Source: Dimargaris cristalligena
Lineage: Eukaryota
Direction: 5' to 3'
Assembly: GCA_003614675.1 (NCBI GenBank)
Contig: ML002263.1
Location: forward strand, 1 to 54,299
DNA length: 54,299 nt
Shown: positions 11,839-24,934 of the stretch, in pieces
Layout: each line of letters begins with the position of its first letter
How positions within the stretch are numbered: position 1 is the first letter of the stretch
Notes under the pieces: model-generated
Told to the model about the DNA's origin: nothing
Seen by the model: only the letters and a program-made list of their open reading frames with translations
Databases searched by the model: none
Program-made: the position numbers and the translations under genes

Positions 11839-13569
11839 ATGCTCGCGCCCTTATTTCGGTGGCTCTCGGCCAACTACCTGGGCGGGCTCCCGGCCGATCG
11901 CCTCCAGGTTATGTCGTGTCTCCTCCTCGCCTACCCACTCGCCAGCCTTTTCCGCCGCTTACCCAGCGACTCCCCCCCGACCCAAAAGCACCTGTTTTCC
12001 CTCCTGGCCACCGGTTTCATGTTCCTCGTGGTACAGGGCCAATGGGTCGGTCTAGGCCACATTCTACTGAGCTCCCTGGTCTCTTATGCGCTCATGGCCT
12101 ACGCGGGGGACCGGGCCTGGGCCCCCCGCGCTGTTTTCCTGTTCGTCATGGCCCACCTGTCGCTGACCCATATCCGCCGATTAAACTACGACATTAATAA
12201 CCCACCCCTCGACTATTCAGGTGCGCAAATGGTGCTCGTCATCAAATTAACCACCTATGCCTACAATGTTTTCGACGGCCACCGACCCGACCGGGCTGAT
12301 CCCCAGGCGCTATCGGCCCGGCAGCGACTCAAGGCGGTGGCCTATAAGCCGACATTGCTGGAGTTTCTGGGGTACGTTTTTTTCTTCGGTAGTTTCTTCG
12401 CGGGCCCGGCGTTTGAGTTCCGGGATTACACGGACTTCATTTCCCTCGAGGCCTTTCGCCGGACTCCTCCACCCTCTGGTTCATCCGCTGGAGTGAACAC
12501 CGACCGTGGGGTGGTCGTTCCCGATAGCCGGCCGGCCGCGTATCGCAAATTGGCGGCCGGCCTATTGGGCATGGTCGGGGTGGTACTTATTACGACCCGG
12601 TTTCCGGTACCGTTCATGCTCGAGCCCGCCTACGCCCGTCTGGCCTTCCCGGTTCGTCTGGTTTATATTTTGCTCACCTGCTTCGGGACTCGCCTGCCGT
12701 ACTACGTGGCCTGGTTGCTGGCCGAAGGGGCCTGTGTACGGGCCGGCCTAGGGTTCGGTGGCTATGTCCGAGCCGACAGCGGATCCCCCGGCCCGAACTC
12801 CACCCCCACTACCACTATCACGCCGCAATATGTCGCCCAGTGGGATCAACTGACCAACGTCTACCCGTGGCGGTTCGAAACGGGGCAGAACCTCAAGGAG
12901 CTCCTGGATGCCTGGAATGTGGCGACCAACCACTGGTTAAAACACTACATTTACCTTCGCCTCACCCCCGTAGGGGCCAAGCCGACCCTGACCACTACCC
13001 TGAGCACTTTTTTTGTATCGGCGTTATGGCACGGTTTCTTCCCGGGTTATTATCTGGCGTTTATGACGATATCGGTCATGTCCAATGTCGCCCGTACCCT
13101 GCGGCGTACCATCCGGCCCCTAGCGGTGGTGGTGGCCCCCATCCAGACCAAGGTGGCCATCCGGTCACCGCCGGACCACCAGGGTAGTGCGGAGACTCCT
13201 TCTTCTCTTTCTCCTCACCCTTCACCTCCTTCTCAGCTAGGGAACGGCGAAAAGAAGCCCGCTTCGGCCATCCCTTCGGCCGATTCTACTATGGTTTACC
13301 ACTCGGCATCAGTCTGCCTGACCCCCGCCCAAGTCCGCCGGCGTAAGCAGATGTATGATGTGGCCTGTTGGCTACTCACCCAGCTAGCCCTGAACTATTC
13401 CATCACCCCGTTTATGTTGCTGTATTGGCACGATAGTATTCGGGCCTGGCAAGTCAACTATTTTTTTGGGCATGTCGTGCTTATTTTAATCATCGCCTTT
13501 TACAAATTAGGCGGGGCTGGTCTATTGAGACCCTACCATCTAGTGGTCTCCGCCCGCAAAGCGGACTGA
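11839..13569 (+). CDS. ALE1: MBOAT-family lysophospholipid acyltransferase (Ale1/Slc4 type), 576 aa
   Basis: Multi-TM ORF with DYSGAQMVLVIKL, GPAFEF, WNVATNHWLKHYIYLR and the catalytic SALWHG motif. Confidence 0.92.
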   Translation: MLAPLFRWLSANYLGGLPADRLQVMSCLLLAYPLASLFRRLPSDSPPTQKHLFSLLATGFMFLVVQGQWVGLGHILLSSLVSYALMAYAGDRAWAPRAVFLFVMAHLSLTHIRRLNYDINNPPLDYSGAQMVLVIKLTTYAYNVFDGHRPDRADPQALSARQRLKAVAYKPTLLEFLGYVFFFGSFFAGPAFEFRDYTDFISLEAFRRTPPPSGSSAGVNTDRGVVVPDSRPAAYRKLAAGLLGMVGVVLITTRFPVPFMLEPAYARLAFPVRLVYILLTCFGTRLPYYVAWLLAEGACVRAGLGFGGYVRADSGSPGPNSTPTTTITPQYVAQWDQLTNVYPWRFETGQNLKELLDAWNVATNHWLKHYIYLRLTPVGAKPTLTTTLSTFFVSALWHGFFPGYYLAFMTISVMSNVARTLRRTIRPLAVVVAPIQTKVAIRSPPDHQGSAETPSSLSPHPSPPSQLGNGEKKPASAIPSADSTMVYHSASVCLTPAQVRRRKQMYDVACWLLTQLALNYSITPFMLLYWHDSIRAWQVNYFFGHVVLILIIAFYKLGGAGLLRPYHLVVSARKAD

Positions 13570-15144
13570 GTCTGTGCCCCCCTCCTCACAGGGGAGAAGA
13601 TGAGCCATGGCTCCGTTGCCCAGACTTTGAAAGCACTCTTATTTATCAGTTACGTTGTGTGGTGTGTATTGGACGGGGCTGTTGGGATTAGAGACTGGTG
13701 TCCGTTTGAGGCCCATTTGTACGTATTTTATTGTATTTAATATATAATTTCTACAATTTATATTGTCCCACCGAGTGGGTTATGTAGAAATGGGCTGATC
13801 TACACCTACATGGGGGCGGGGGCTTCTCAGAATGTAACGAGTATCGAATAGACCGAAGGGTTTAAATTCTATTCAAAGTAATAGTAGTATACTATCCGGT
13901 AATTCGGATAGGGCCAGCGGTATGATGCGAAAACGGGTCGGAATTGCCCCTATTTATATGTTAAGCATGATCGTAAAAAGGGAGTAATTTGCACCAACTA
14001 GATTGGCATAGAACGAAGGTATCGGCAACGGCTGCTTTATAACTTAATTGGCTTTAATGTATTGCCAAAGGTAAAATACCCAGCGGCTTACTGCGGTGGC
14101 CCTGCTTCTCGGAGAAAGGGTCCTTTAGGTAATCAATAATTACTCTAGGGGATCTACAGTGGTGCTGTGTGGTTTAGTTTATGGGGCCATGTCTGCGTAG
14201 TTCTGAACAATACCCTTTAATTTCAAATCCAGCCTAGCGCGTGTTTTGATAGCTGTTGGGGTCATCATCTCTATTGCACCCGCATCGTCGCCCCTCAAGT
14301 GAGCTTGCGGCAGGCATCATTATTATCATCATCCTTAACAACATTCCCCAATAATGGGATATTCAGACCATTTAAAAGGACATACTCCTCAACAAAAGAA
14401 TTGGCTGAATTATTGAAATGCAGAGACGCCGTTTAATACGCCATATCCTCATCCTTGAGATTGGCCCCTAATTTCTATGGATTGGTCTGGCTGTGGATAT
14501 GACATGGCATATGTTATTTATTATTCTCCTTCTCGTCTATTCTTTGCGCCCAAGTCGCAACCCCGCCTCGGCCACTAGGTCTTTCACTCACTCGTAGGTG
14601 AATAGACAGGCCATTTTTCCTCTACTCATACAGCCTTCCCTTTAGTTCAGCGCTTGCTCTCTAATACATGTGCTGCTCACCCTTTGTCTCCTCTACTCTA
14701 CCTTTGTCGCCAGGCCCTTTACAGCCCCCTTATTGGAGCGACCCGCGCGTTCCCTTGGTCCCGCGCCCACACCTCTCCTCCTCCCCTCTCCGCTGTGTAT
14801 ATGTGTGTATGTGTGGGTGTATTATGTGTCTCCCGTCTTCCCTCCTTCTCGCTTAGCCCATCTGTTGCCCATCTCTCTCTCCCATCACCAGCCCCGCCCA
14901 CGACGTCGTTTTGTCTACTTCCTCTTCCTTCACTCGCATGCAACTCTCCTTTCCACTCTCTTTCCCTTTCTCTCTTCCCTCACCCTCTTTTCACTATTAT
15001 TATTTTTTCTGCTACTGTTTCCTACTCTACTCACCTTTATCTATACTATTCGCCACTTCCTTAGCATATCCCGCCTTTCTTTCAACGTACCGTATAACAC
15101 CTCCTTTTCTATTACGCCCATACCCTTCCCCCCCACTTTACGCC

Positions 15145-15526
15145 ATGTCAGAAGTCGAAACTCCCTGGAAATTTACCCAGTGCTTCGGCGACAAGGCCGA
15201 AATCGATGAGGTCACCGAAGGTAATTCCGACTAACTTACAATCCCTTCCTTGTTTGAGGCCTCGGGATGGTGAAGGGGATGGGAACATCTTCCGCCGGTA
15301 GAGTGACTATACTGCGTACACGCATATACAATCCTCGCCACTGAAAATACTCCGTCCGCCAAGTGGGTACAGGAGGAGGTGGAGGCTGTCATCCCCCGTT
15401 TACCCGAGGAAGAAGGGTAGACTGTGTAACTCGAAGTTGGATCGGCCATGGGCTTTGTTCCCCGCTGGCGATTGGTCTCCGACAGAGGCCCATGGCACCC
15501 TGCTCTCTCGTGAAGATCTCCCCTCC

Positions 15527-15562
<36 letters not shown>

Positions 15563-17487
15563 TGCCAACCTACCACTGGAACGCATAGAGTGGTTTTTCG
15601 CTCTATTCGTTGGCCCCATCTGCAGGCAATTTGGCACCAGCTTTCTCCAGGTGTAGCGGTGGGCGTGGGGGGGGGGGGTTCAGTTAACCCACCTTGTTAA
15701 GTCAAGTGGTCTGACTTCCCGATCCCTCGAATTCATCACTCTACCTATTATTACCCAGTCCCTCCCCTCATGGCCATTGAATATCTGCTTATTCTTATTA
15801 TTTTTAAAATGTATAATGCCTTTTCCCATACTACCCCATGCTCGCACTCTAGCCGATATTATTTCGACCGTCGAGTTCGACCCTACCGGTAATTATCTGG
15901 CCACCGGTGACAAGGGCGGACGGGTAGTCCTTTTCGAGCGTACGGAGAACGTAAGTATTGCTATGAATGCGCACTTGCCTTTATAGGGAAGTCTTAATTG
16001 CGCCCAACCCGACTGTGCGGACCATACCTACCTCCCCTGGCAGCCAGGATGGGACTGTTTATTCCCCCGCTACTTCTATATTGCTCTGCCTTTAGGTACA
16101 TCACCTCTGCCCATGTATATCTTGCGAATAGTTTGGCTAATTGGTTACGTGTGTATACCCAACCCTCTTTAATACATATTCCCCTTCTTTTCAACGAAAC
16201 AGAAGAAGAGCTGCGAATTCAAGTTTTACGCCGAATTCCAGTCGCATGAGCCCGAGTTCGACTACCTCAAGAGTCTAGAAATCGAGGAAAAGATTAATAA
16301 GATCAAATGGTGCAAGCGTCAGAACGCCGCCCATTTCCTGCTCACCACTAATGGTTAGTTCCGTTCCCATTCCCATTTCCTTCTCGACTCCATCTTCGTT
16401 ATTTATTTTCCGCCTTCTACCATCCTGGCCTGGAGACACCTGCTAATATTTATTTTTATTGACCTGCCCTTCCAACCAACCCCCAGACAAAACCATCAAG
16501 CTGTGGAAGATTGCCGAAAAGTCGCTCAAAGTAGTCACCGAAAATAACCTGCTTGACGGCCAGCGCGGTCCTCCGTTAGACACCAGCGGCCTGTTACTCC
16601 CTCGGATGACCTTCCGGGAGAACATCGTGTCGTCGGTGCCTCGTCGTGTCTTTGCCAACGCCCATGCCTATCACATCAACTCCATATCCGTCAATTCGGA
16701 CTGCGAGACTTATATTTCGGCCGATGACCTCCGCATTAACCTGTGGAACCTTGGCATTAGCAACCAGAGTTTCAACATCGTTGACATCAAACCCGCCAAC
16801 ATGGAGGAACTCACCGAAGTCATCACGGCCGCTGAATTCCACCCCATTCACTGCAACTTGTTCATGTACAGTAGTTCCAAGGGCACCATCAAGCTTTGCG
16901 ACATGCGTGACTCGGCTTTGTGTGACCACCACGCCCAGCTCTACGAGGTACAGGAGGACCCTAGTAACAAAAACTTCTTTTCCGAAATCATTTCCTCCAT
17001 CTCGGACGTTAAGTTCAGTCAAGACGGGCGCTTTATCCTTTCCCGGGACTACATGACCCTGCGCATCTGGGACGTCAACATGGCCAAGGCGCCCCTCAAG
17101 ACCATCCCAGTACACGATGTACTCAAGTCCAAGCTCTGCGATCTGTACGAAAACGACTGTATCTTTGACAAGTTCGAGTGCACCCTGAGCGGCAACAATG
17201 CCTACGCCATGACGGGATCCTACAATAACTACTTTAGCATTTTCGATCTCAACACGGAAGAGGAGGTCATGTTGCAGGCCGACAAGAACGCCTTCCGGGC
17301 CAAGCGTGTGGCAGGACCGAACGGCAAGAGCCGGGTGGGCGTGCCCCGAACCAAGGGTAACCGCAAGGAGGATCTCAACCCCGATACGCTCGACTTTAAC
17401 CGCAAGATTCTACACGCTTCGTGGCACCCCACCGAAAATACCATCGCCGTGGCGGCCACCAATAATCTGTTCATCTTTTCGGAATGA
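15145..17487 (+). CDS. CDC55: PP2A regulatory subunit B55 (Cdc55/Pab1), 4 exons: 15145-15220, 15853-15950, 16203-16353, 16487-17487 (441 aa)
   Basis: [99 protein letters not shown]. Splice sites give 1326 nt in frame. Confidence 0.95.
15530..15560 (+). repeat. (CA)15 microsatellite in Cdc55 intron 1
   Basis: Uninterrupted AC run. Confidence 0.9.
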
Positions 17488-20400
17488 GGTGGGGGTATAT
17501 TGTGACGGCCCGCAGTTGGCCGCGCACCCCACTTTCCCCCTCATATTCTTTGATGTACCTTCGAAGTGGAAATCGATGCAGCCGTTCCTATATTATACTC
17601 GAATATATATACATCTATATATTATGGTTTGTTCAATCTATTTCTTGGTATGGGCCGGGGGCCGGTATTCGAATATGCTAATCCGGGGATTATGGGGGAA
17701 CATTCGGGATTGGTTGCTTCCTTTTTTACCATTTTATTCTATTTTATTGTTTTCACGCACATCAACACCAACATTGCACTTCTTACCTGATCTGCCCAAT
17801 CTATCCACCTCTTCCATTGCACTTAGGGCTCGAAATTTTTATAGCCGGCTGTTTTTTATCCTTCTCCATTCCATCGTTAACCATTCGATTACACGCCTGT
17901 TGGGTTTCTCTATCATTTCCCTCGCATGAATCGACTGTTTTATTATATATATCCGCTATACTACCTTTTCACTACCACCACCACCACCACCCCCTCTTCT
18001 CCCCCCACCCCACCCCTCCCTTTCCCTCGGATCTTCTCCGCTATCATTTTCCTTGCTCTCCTTCCTCACACTATTCTTCTCACCGTGACCCCATTATTAT
18101 TACTACTACTATTAACATTTTGTCTGTTTTCATTTTGCAAAATCTTTACAGTCCGCACGCCCCCTGCTCTTTTAATTAATTTTGATTCGACCGTTCCGTT
18201 AGGAACGGCAGAAACCCTCTCTTCCTCCCCCTCCTCTATGTACCCAATTAAAGACTTGGTACTATACAGAACCCGAAATACATGTGTGCAACCCACAACA
18301 GGATAGTACCATTTTATCATATGGTATAAGGGAGGCCGACCTCGGAAATGTAGCATGGCGACGTTTTTGGCTACTGCATTAGTTTGAATGGTATGACATG
18401 GTGAGGCAATCCCGGGTAATTGATACCCCAATTCGAAATAAGGTTTTAGACTTCCGCGTGCAAAATCATTTAAATTAAATACGGCTTGAAATGATCCAAC
18501 CGTCACAAATCTTTGCTGGCCATGGTAGTAGTGCGCAGTCCCTATCTGGCTGGATCCGATAGATTTTAACCGTCTCACGTAGTCACACAACCCATGTACA
18601 TATACTGGGTTAATCGGACTTATTGTAGTTTTAAGATTATTCTATTCAAGGTTTTTCGATACTTTTTTTTTCGAATTCATTAATGCACGAGTTCTGGGGA
18701 TGCCTTTTTATACTCTCTCTATATTGAGGCGATGTAGGCCCTCCATATAGATATATATATACCAGGAAAAAATGGCGGTCCTTTTTGGGTATTTAAAGCT
18801 GATGCCAACATGTCCTCACGTATGTACAGTGCCTTCTGGATGCTCGGTTTCGTCATTACTCGGTTCTTCGGTTCTCAGTCACATTATTCCGTAACTGTGC
18901 TTGCGAGAGGATGGATATGGTGGTGGGGGGAGGATGAGTGAGGAAGGCACTACGTATTAATCGCTTGGTGATGATTCAGATATTACATCTTCAGTGTACC
19001 TTTTTTGGTGACGTCAAAAACCCTATTCAGGAATGGTGCGAAAAATAGAGTATCTTGATGAGGTACGATGGGGGGGGGTGTAATGGTATGGCTTAGCTTC
19101 ATTCAATGTGTCCAACACTCTCATCCCTCTAATGACATTGCTGAGCTGACGTGGAGTATAGTCATTAATACAGCATCCGGTAAGGGCATTGGCATAGGAG
19201 ACGGAGGTTGTGGGTGGGCTGGCCTTATTTCGCCATTTTGGACTTCCGACTCGATTCTATTGCGAAATTTGGAAATAACCGTAACTAAAGAGTAAACAGA
19301 AAACGTCGCCGAAAGAATATAAAATAGCAAGTGGTAGGTTAGTGGAACTTCATTGTAATTAATTGGTCGGATTTAACCTATGTCTGTTGTGTCCCTTCTT
19401 CCCCTTGGTATAGGCAATATCTGCGCTAGCGTATATCCTGGTCTGCGGTTTGTTTCACTGGAAGGACTTGGCAAATACCGCGTAAATAGGGGCTGGTTTG
19501 ACAGCGGGATGTGACAGGGTGATTTGGGATTAGCAACGTGTCACTTACCCCCCCCCCCAAAAAAAACGGCCAAAGTGTAGATTGGCCCGTCATAGTTGAA
19601 TAACTACCAAACTGTTGAATATCTTGCGGGTGTTTTCATTGATGCAATAGACGGAGATGGGTTAACCAAGGGATACTAAAGTAGAAAGCATCGACCCCAA
19701 CCATTACGTGGATTAGCGGGACTTACTCGTCGACCTTTTCAGGGTATACAGACGACTGTGACATTCGGTGATGGTTATTGGAATGAATATTCTTAGCTCT
19801 TCGATAAAGAACCCCGATCTATCTGTGAATATACCTCTAGAGGATAGTATTTGTATGTCAAAGTAGGCCCTTCACGGGAATATAGATGTCCACTTGGCTT
19901 TGTTGCCTTGATGACAGCGAGAAAGTCGGAGACGGAGAGGAAGGAGGGGTGTTAATACTCATGAGGGCTAAAATCCCTCTTCCCTTCACGCTCAAGAGAT
20001 GTTGTTTAAATTGAAGTCCTTCATTTTAACACTTCGTGTGATTTTTGCTCAGTTCTGGTGTGACCAAATCGGGCAGCAGTCTATCCGATTGGCGGCTATT
20101 CGTTTGACTTAAAGGTTGGTACCGGCATTTTAACATTGGGTGGAGTAGAGCGGAGTGGGTGCAAACGGGGCAGTGCTGCGCACAATAAGTGAAAGGAGAC
20201 TTCCGAAATTGTGAGTATCGACGGGTTGGTGGGTTGGGATGCCCCGATGGGTGGACTCGTGGCCTTTATCTTGCCTAATACTGCATACGGCATGCAGATA
20301 ACGACCGGCTGATGGGAACTCTAGGGGAATGCACTGGACTGGTTTAGCGGATATGTTTAGCCAGAGAATATAGATAGAAAATAAATGGCGCAACATCCCT

Positions 20401-21661
20401 TTAAAATATATAGACGTTCATAATTATCAGGGTAGAAAACCCCTCCCCGTGCAATACCTAGCCCTCTTGGTCTATTTTGATGGGTGCCCACGTCTATTAA
20501 ACAGTGTTCCGGGTATCCATCCCCTAGCGCGGAGACAAGCCCTGGACTTACGATTCTAAACGGTGGCTTGTATGGACATGCCACTGGCAACTATGCCTGG
20601 GCATACTCATCGCCTAGAAGATGAGTCCACATGGATACAAGGGTCGGTGAGAAAAGATAACCGCCTTAATATGTAGACTTAACTCGGTCGAGCTGGGGTT
20701 TTTTAGAGTATATGGACAACGCTGACTCGACTGTGGATTATTTTTATAGCCAGGCCGAGAGCTACTAATCGGACTAGAGGAATGACCCTGTTTCACCCAT
20801 TTCCCATTAGGTCGGATCCAATATTAGATATTCGGATTTCACATCGGCAGAGAAACCAACATGGGTGGTGCCCACCAATTGGGACTCGGCTACATGGTCA
20901 ACCCATTCAGAATCGACATTCCCGTAATCCTATGTCAGCAAATAGCTATGCCATTGTAAACCACCATAAAGGAAAGTCTGGTGCATATCCCCCCAAACCA
21001 TTGCTGCATTGGGGCATGGGGCTATGAACGCGTCGGGTCATTAGATATGTACAACCTTGAAAGGAAGGCGGAGGGAAGCAACTCAAGGATCCTTTCAAAA
21101 GTCTGCTGACCCCCAAATACATCGGACCTTCTTGTTTACCACTTACCGTTGGAAATAAATTAATAATAGTTCGGGGGCCAAATCCTTCACCAATCGAACA
21201 AACCACTAATTCTTTATTTCCAATGTTTATTTTCTTTTACTTAATCGTCCCCTTTCCTCTCCTCTCCTACCCTTCACATTTCCTTTTACACGTCGCGCCG
21301 TTTGATTACTGGTGCGGTTTCGCCAGTCGATCTAATATGCGGCAGGAATAGGCGAAGGTGGGCGACGACCACCTACCTTCCTTGTTAGGTAACAAAGGGG
21401 GCGAAGTGAGAAATGATTTAACCGGCTGAGCAACTGGCGATCGTGGATGTGACGATTGGCATGCCCAGTGATAATGGGGGAAAGAAGAAGGGGGAATTAC
21501 AAAAGCGTGTAGGGCTTAACGACGCCTTCTTGTGCGTGTGTGTGTTGTGGGGGGGGGGCAGGTATGGAAGGGGCCTAGGAAAGAAGGAATGTTATTCAAC
21601 CGAGTAGAGGTGAGAATACGAGACGGCCTTTCTAGTCTAATCCAATCTAGCTGGCGCATTA

Positions 21662-21805
21662 ATATGGATGAAATTCAAACCAGCTGTATAGGATTTTACA
21701 TAATACATGCATCGGCAAATGTATATGGGAATAGCTTTTAACTAGTAATATTGACCTCACCCAATGGATTTTTCATTATACAGCCTGGATGAACTTCTCC
21801 CATAT
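21662..21805 (-). mobile_element. MITE-like element, copy 2 (opposite orientation to copy 1)
   Basis: ATATGGATGAAATTCAAACCAGCTGTATAG...TTATACAGCCTGGATGAACTTCTCCCATAT. The internal TTTTAACTAGTAATATTG is shared with other copies. Confidence 0.75.
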
Positions 21806-24800
21806 TGCTAATGCGGCTATCTCTTGGAAATAGGTAGATAGGTTTAGCCGGCTGGGGCGAGGGAAATTCCAGCAGGTGGAGCCAATTGAATAGGGCCAGG
21901 AAGGACACAGTCTGGGGGAGGGGGGGGCATGTGTAATACTTCCGAAAGAACCTCCTCCGAAGCACTAGCCCGTTATAAGAATGCCGTATGGTTGGTCCAC
22001 AGTGGGAGTAGGGAGAGGCGGAGTATCGGCCAACGATCGACACGGCATGACGGATTCGTTCTGGGCCGATGTTTACCCCTTCTTCCCTTGAATAAACTGT
22101 ACCTACTGTATTATAGGCGGCCCACCTGGCTGGTTAGCCATAGGTCTATTATATTGAACATAATCGGGCTCTTATTTACCTATACCTACACCTACACCTA
22201 CACTTATACTATTATACTAGTAGTAGTTGCCCAGTCAAGAAGTATCCACACACCTCACTCTGGCCTTGCTATACAAATACCGTGCGCAAGCCAGGTCAGC
22301 TTGGCATTCCCCTGATATCTTTATTTTCTTCTAATGTTATATGTTCCGAATTGGCGTCATTCCAAATCGCATCCTTGAGTTATCCGTGCGACTGGCTTGT
22401 TGCTCGAGTGATATAGCCCGATAGCTATTGCCTTACTTCATTTAATCTTCCACGGAAGCCCCCTCCTCTATTGCTGCAACACTCAGACCCCCACATATCA
22501 TACCTATATTTATAGTTGACTTGTTTACTTTATCGTCAACTGGGGCTACTGCATACGACACCGCTATATCCCCCCTTCTTTTCACTCTCTTCCACTCGAT
22601 ACTGGGGCTACGTCAATATTTTATATCGCCCAGCCAAAAAGAGGTATTTTTTCTTAAGTCGACCACTTGGGAAGACCGAGGGAGTTTGAGTGTACACAAC
22701 CTACCTATACTCTCCCACACGCGTCTTCTTCATCATCGCCGTCTCCCTGGGGGTTATCATCATCACTTTCAGACACACCACCGGCTGTGGAGCGTTGCTT
22801 AGATTGCGGGCCATCCCCACACCCCTTTATTCACTACTCTACTTCACCCCACAATTCATTGTGTGGCGGCTGTACACTTGTATAATTAGAAGTCCCTTGT
22901 TTAGTATACAGTTGGTGTTTATTCACTTGATTAGGGAGAGACAGGGTGACATATATATATATATATACCCCCGGGGACCACCACCCACCTGGCCAGCTAT
23001 TATCATAGCCATAGCAACCGCCTCATTGTCTTTACACACCACGCCTGACTTCCCCCAAATTCAATCGCTTTGCCGCATACATTCATTTTCCGGGGTATTT
23101 TTTTCGGAAAGAGTGCATGCATACATCCATGCTCAGTCCGCTTTCTCTTTCGCCTCCTTTCCCCGTTTAAATAGCCCCCCTCGCCGGCCACCCTCCGTGC
23201 CCGCTTGTTGCTTATCCTCTTGTTGAATTCTACTGCAGTGTACCTGCCCTTCTCCCCTTCGCATTCGACCCTTTTCGCACTTTACCTGTCGATTCAGCTC
23301 AAACTTTCCTTTCCCCATTCCCCGACTTGTATTCAGCCCTGAACCCGCTTCGTAGCCGACTAAACCCGTAAGTTACTCGCACCTAACGAACTAAATACCA
23401 TCTATATATTGGCACAAATGGTTGAACCGGCGTGCACTATGCACCGGTTGTCCACTGGGCTGGTAAGAAACTAAAAAAATATAAAGAGGGGGGAGGCTAG
23501 ACGTGGGTTAGCCCTGAAATGGCTCCACGGATTATCGCACCTTTTTAGGTATAGTCTCAGTCAGTCTACTCTCCCCTCTTTTTCTACACGTCACTCTAGG
23601 GATAAATTAGTCGATCATCGCCAGTCCCCTCTATAAGTCCATCAGGCCTATACAGAGAGGGGGCCAAGTGAGATAAATCATTCGGCATTTAGTAAAAACC
23701 AGGCTGACTTCCCCTCCACCCGCCCCTTGAGCGAAAATCATCCAGCTTTTTATCCCACCTGCTTCATCATATTGGTGGACTTGCGCGTTTCCAATGTATT
23801 CCGATTATCCCCCAACTCTATTGATCTGACCCCCCTTACTCACTACTACTCTGCCTCTCTCTTCCCTTGTCCTCTTTTAATAACTCTAGTCCATTAATCC
23901 CCATATCCCTCACTCTACACCGCTGTAATTCAACCGAGTGATTCAGCATCGCCCATTCTTTTCATTATTAAGTCACCGCCAGCCCGTCCCTTTCTACTTG
24001 AGTCTCTCTACCCTTCATCTCTGAATCCATTGGTCAGCTAGTCACAGCTGCTCTTACACCCTCGGCTATTATTCATTGACTACGCTCTATCAGCTTCACT
24101 AACCAAGCAGGTATTTGTCTATATGGATTTTATACCTTCATAGTCTTTTGCTTCTGCCAAACACCCGTAACAGCCTATCTTCTATTATTAGTACACCCTG
24201 TGCTTATTTATTTTTACGGAAGGCTTTTATTATTTCATCTGTCCGAGATAATATCTACTCCTCTCTAGGTACACCATATATCCCCGCCCATTTATTTTTC
24301 CTCGCTCAGCTAGCTAAATTGGTCCCCTCTCTCCCAGCAAAACACCGCCATACCCCACAAAAATCACAATCCATCGTCTATCTAGACTGGTATATATTTG
24401 GCCAATCTCCTGTGATTCGTTTCCTCGAGTATTACTTCGATTGGATACGCCCAACTAAGCCCACTTGTCTCCTAACCCATACACCCCTGGAAATCCAGCC
24501 ATTCTTTCAATCCCTCCTACTTGTTGACTAGCGTGCTGGAGTTTCCTATTTTATTGGTTGTTTATGACCTAACTTCTTTCCGAACCTCTAACATCTCCCC
24601 TTTTTCGCCGACTTCTCCTCTCCTTCGGCACAGTAGCCCAGAAGCAGCTAGCTAATAACATCATATATCCCGTTCGCTTTTGACCTTTTCCCTCATCCCT
24701 TGGTTCCTCCTTTCCCTTTCTCCTGGCCGAGTTCTTGCCTAGCCGACTCTCTCTCCCTCTTTATATTTTTTTAGTTTCTAGCGGGATTTGTTTAACGAAC

Positions 24801-24934
24801 GTGAACACCACATCTCTTGTCTCGCTCCACAAGAGCCTTTCGGTACTTCTTACTCCCCTATTACTCTACTCGACTCATTCTCGCCGTGCTTTCCCAGTCC
24901 CTCATCATTCCATTGTATACTCTACGTTACTTTA

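Noticed and set aside
14654..15209. Overlapping ORFs upstream of CDC55 (and similar ones before SDS23 and the kinase)
   Set aside because: Stop-poor pyrimidine-rich leader sequence with non-ATG starts and low-complexity Leu/Ser/Pro/Phe translations.
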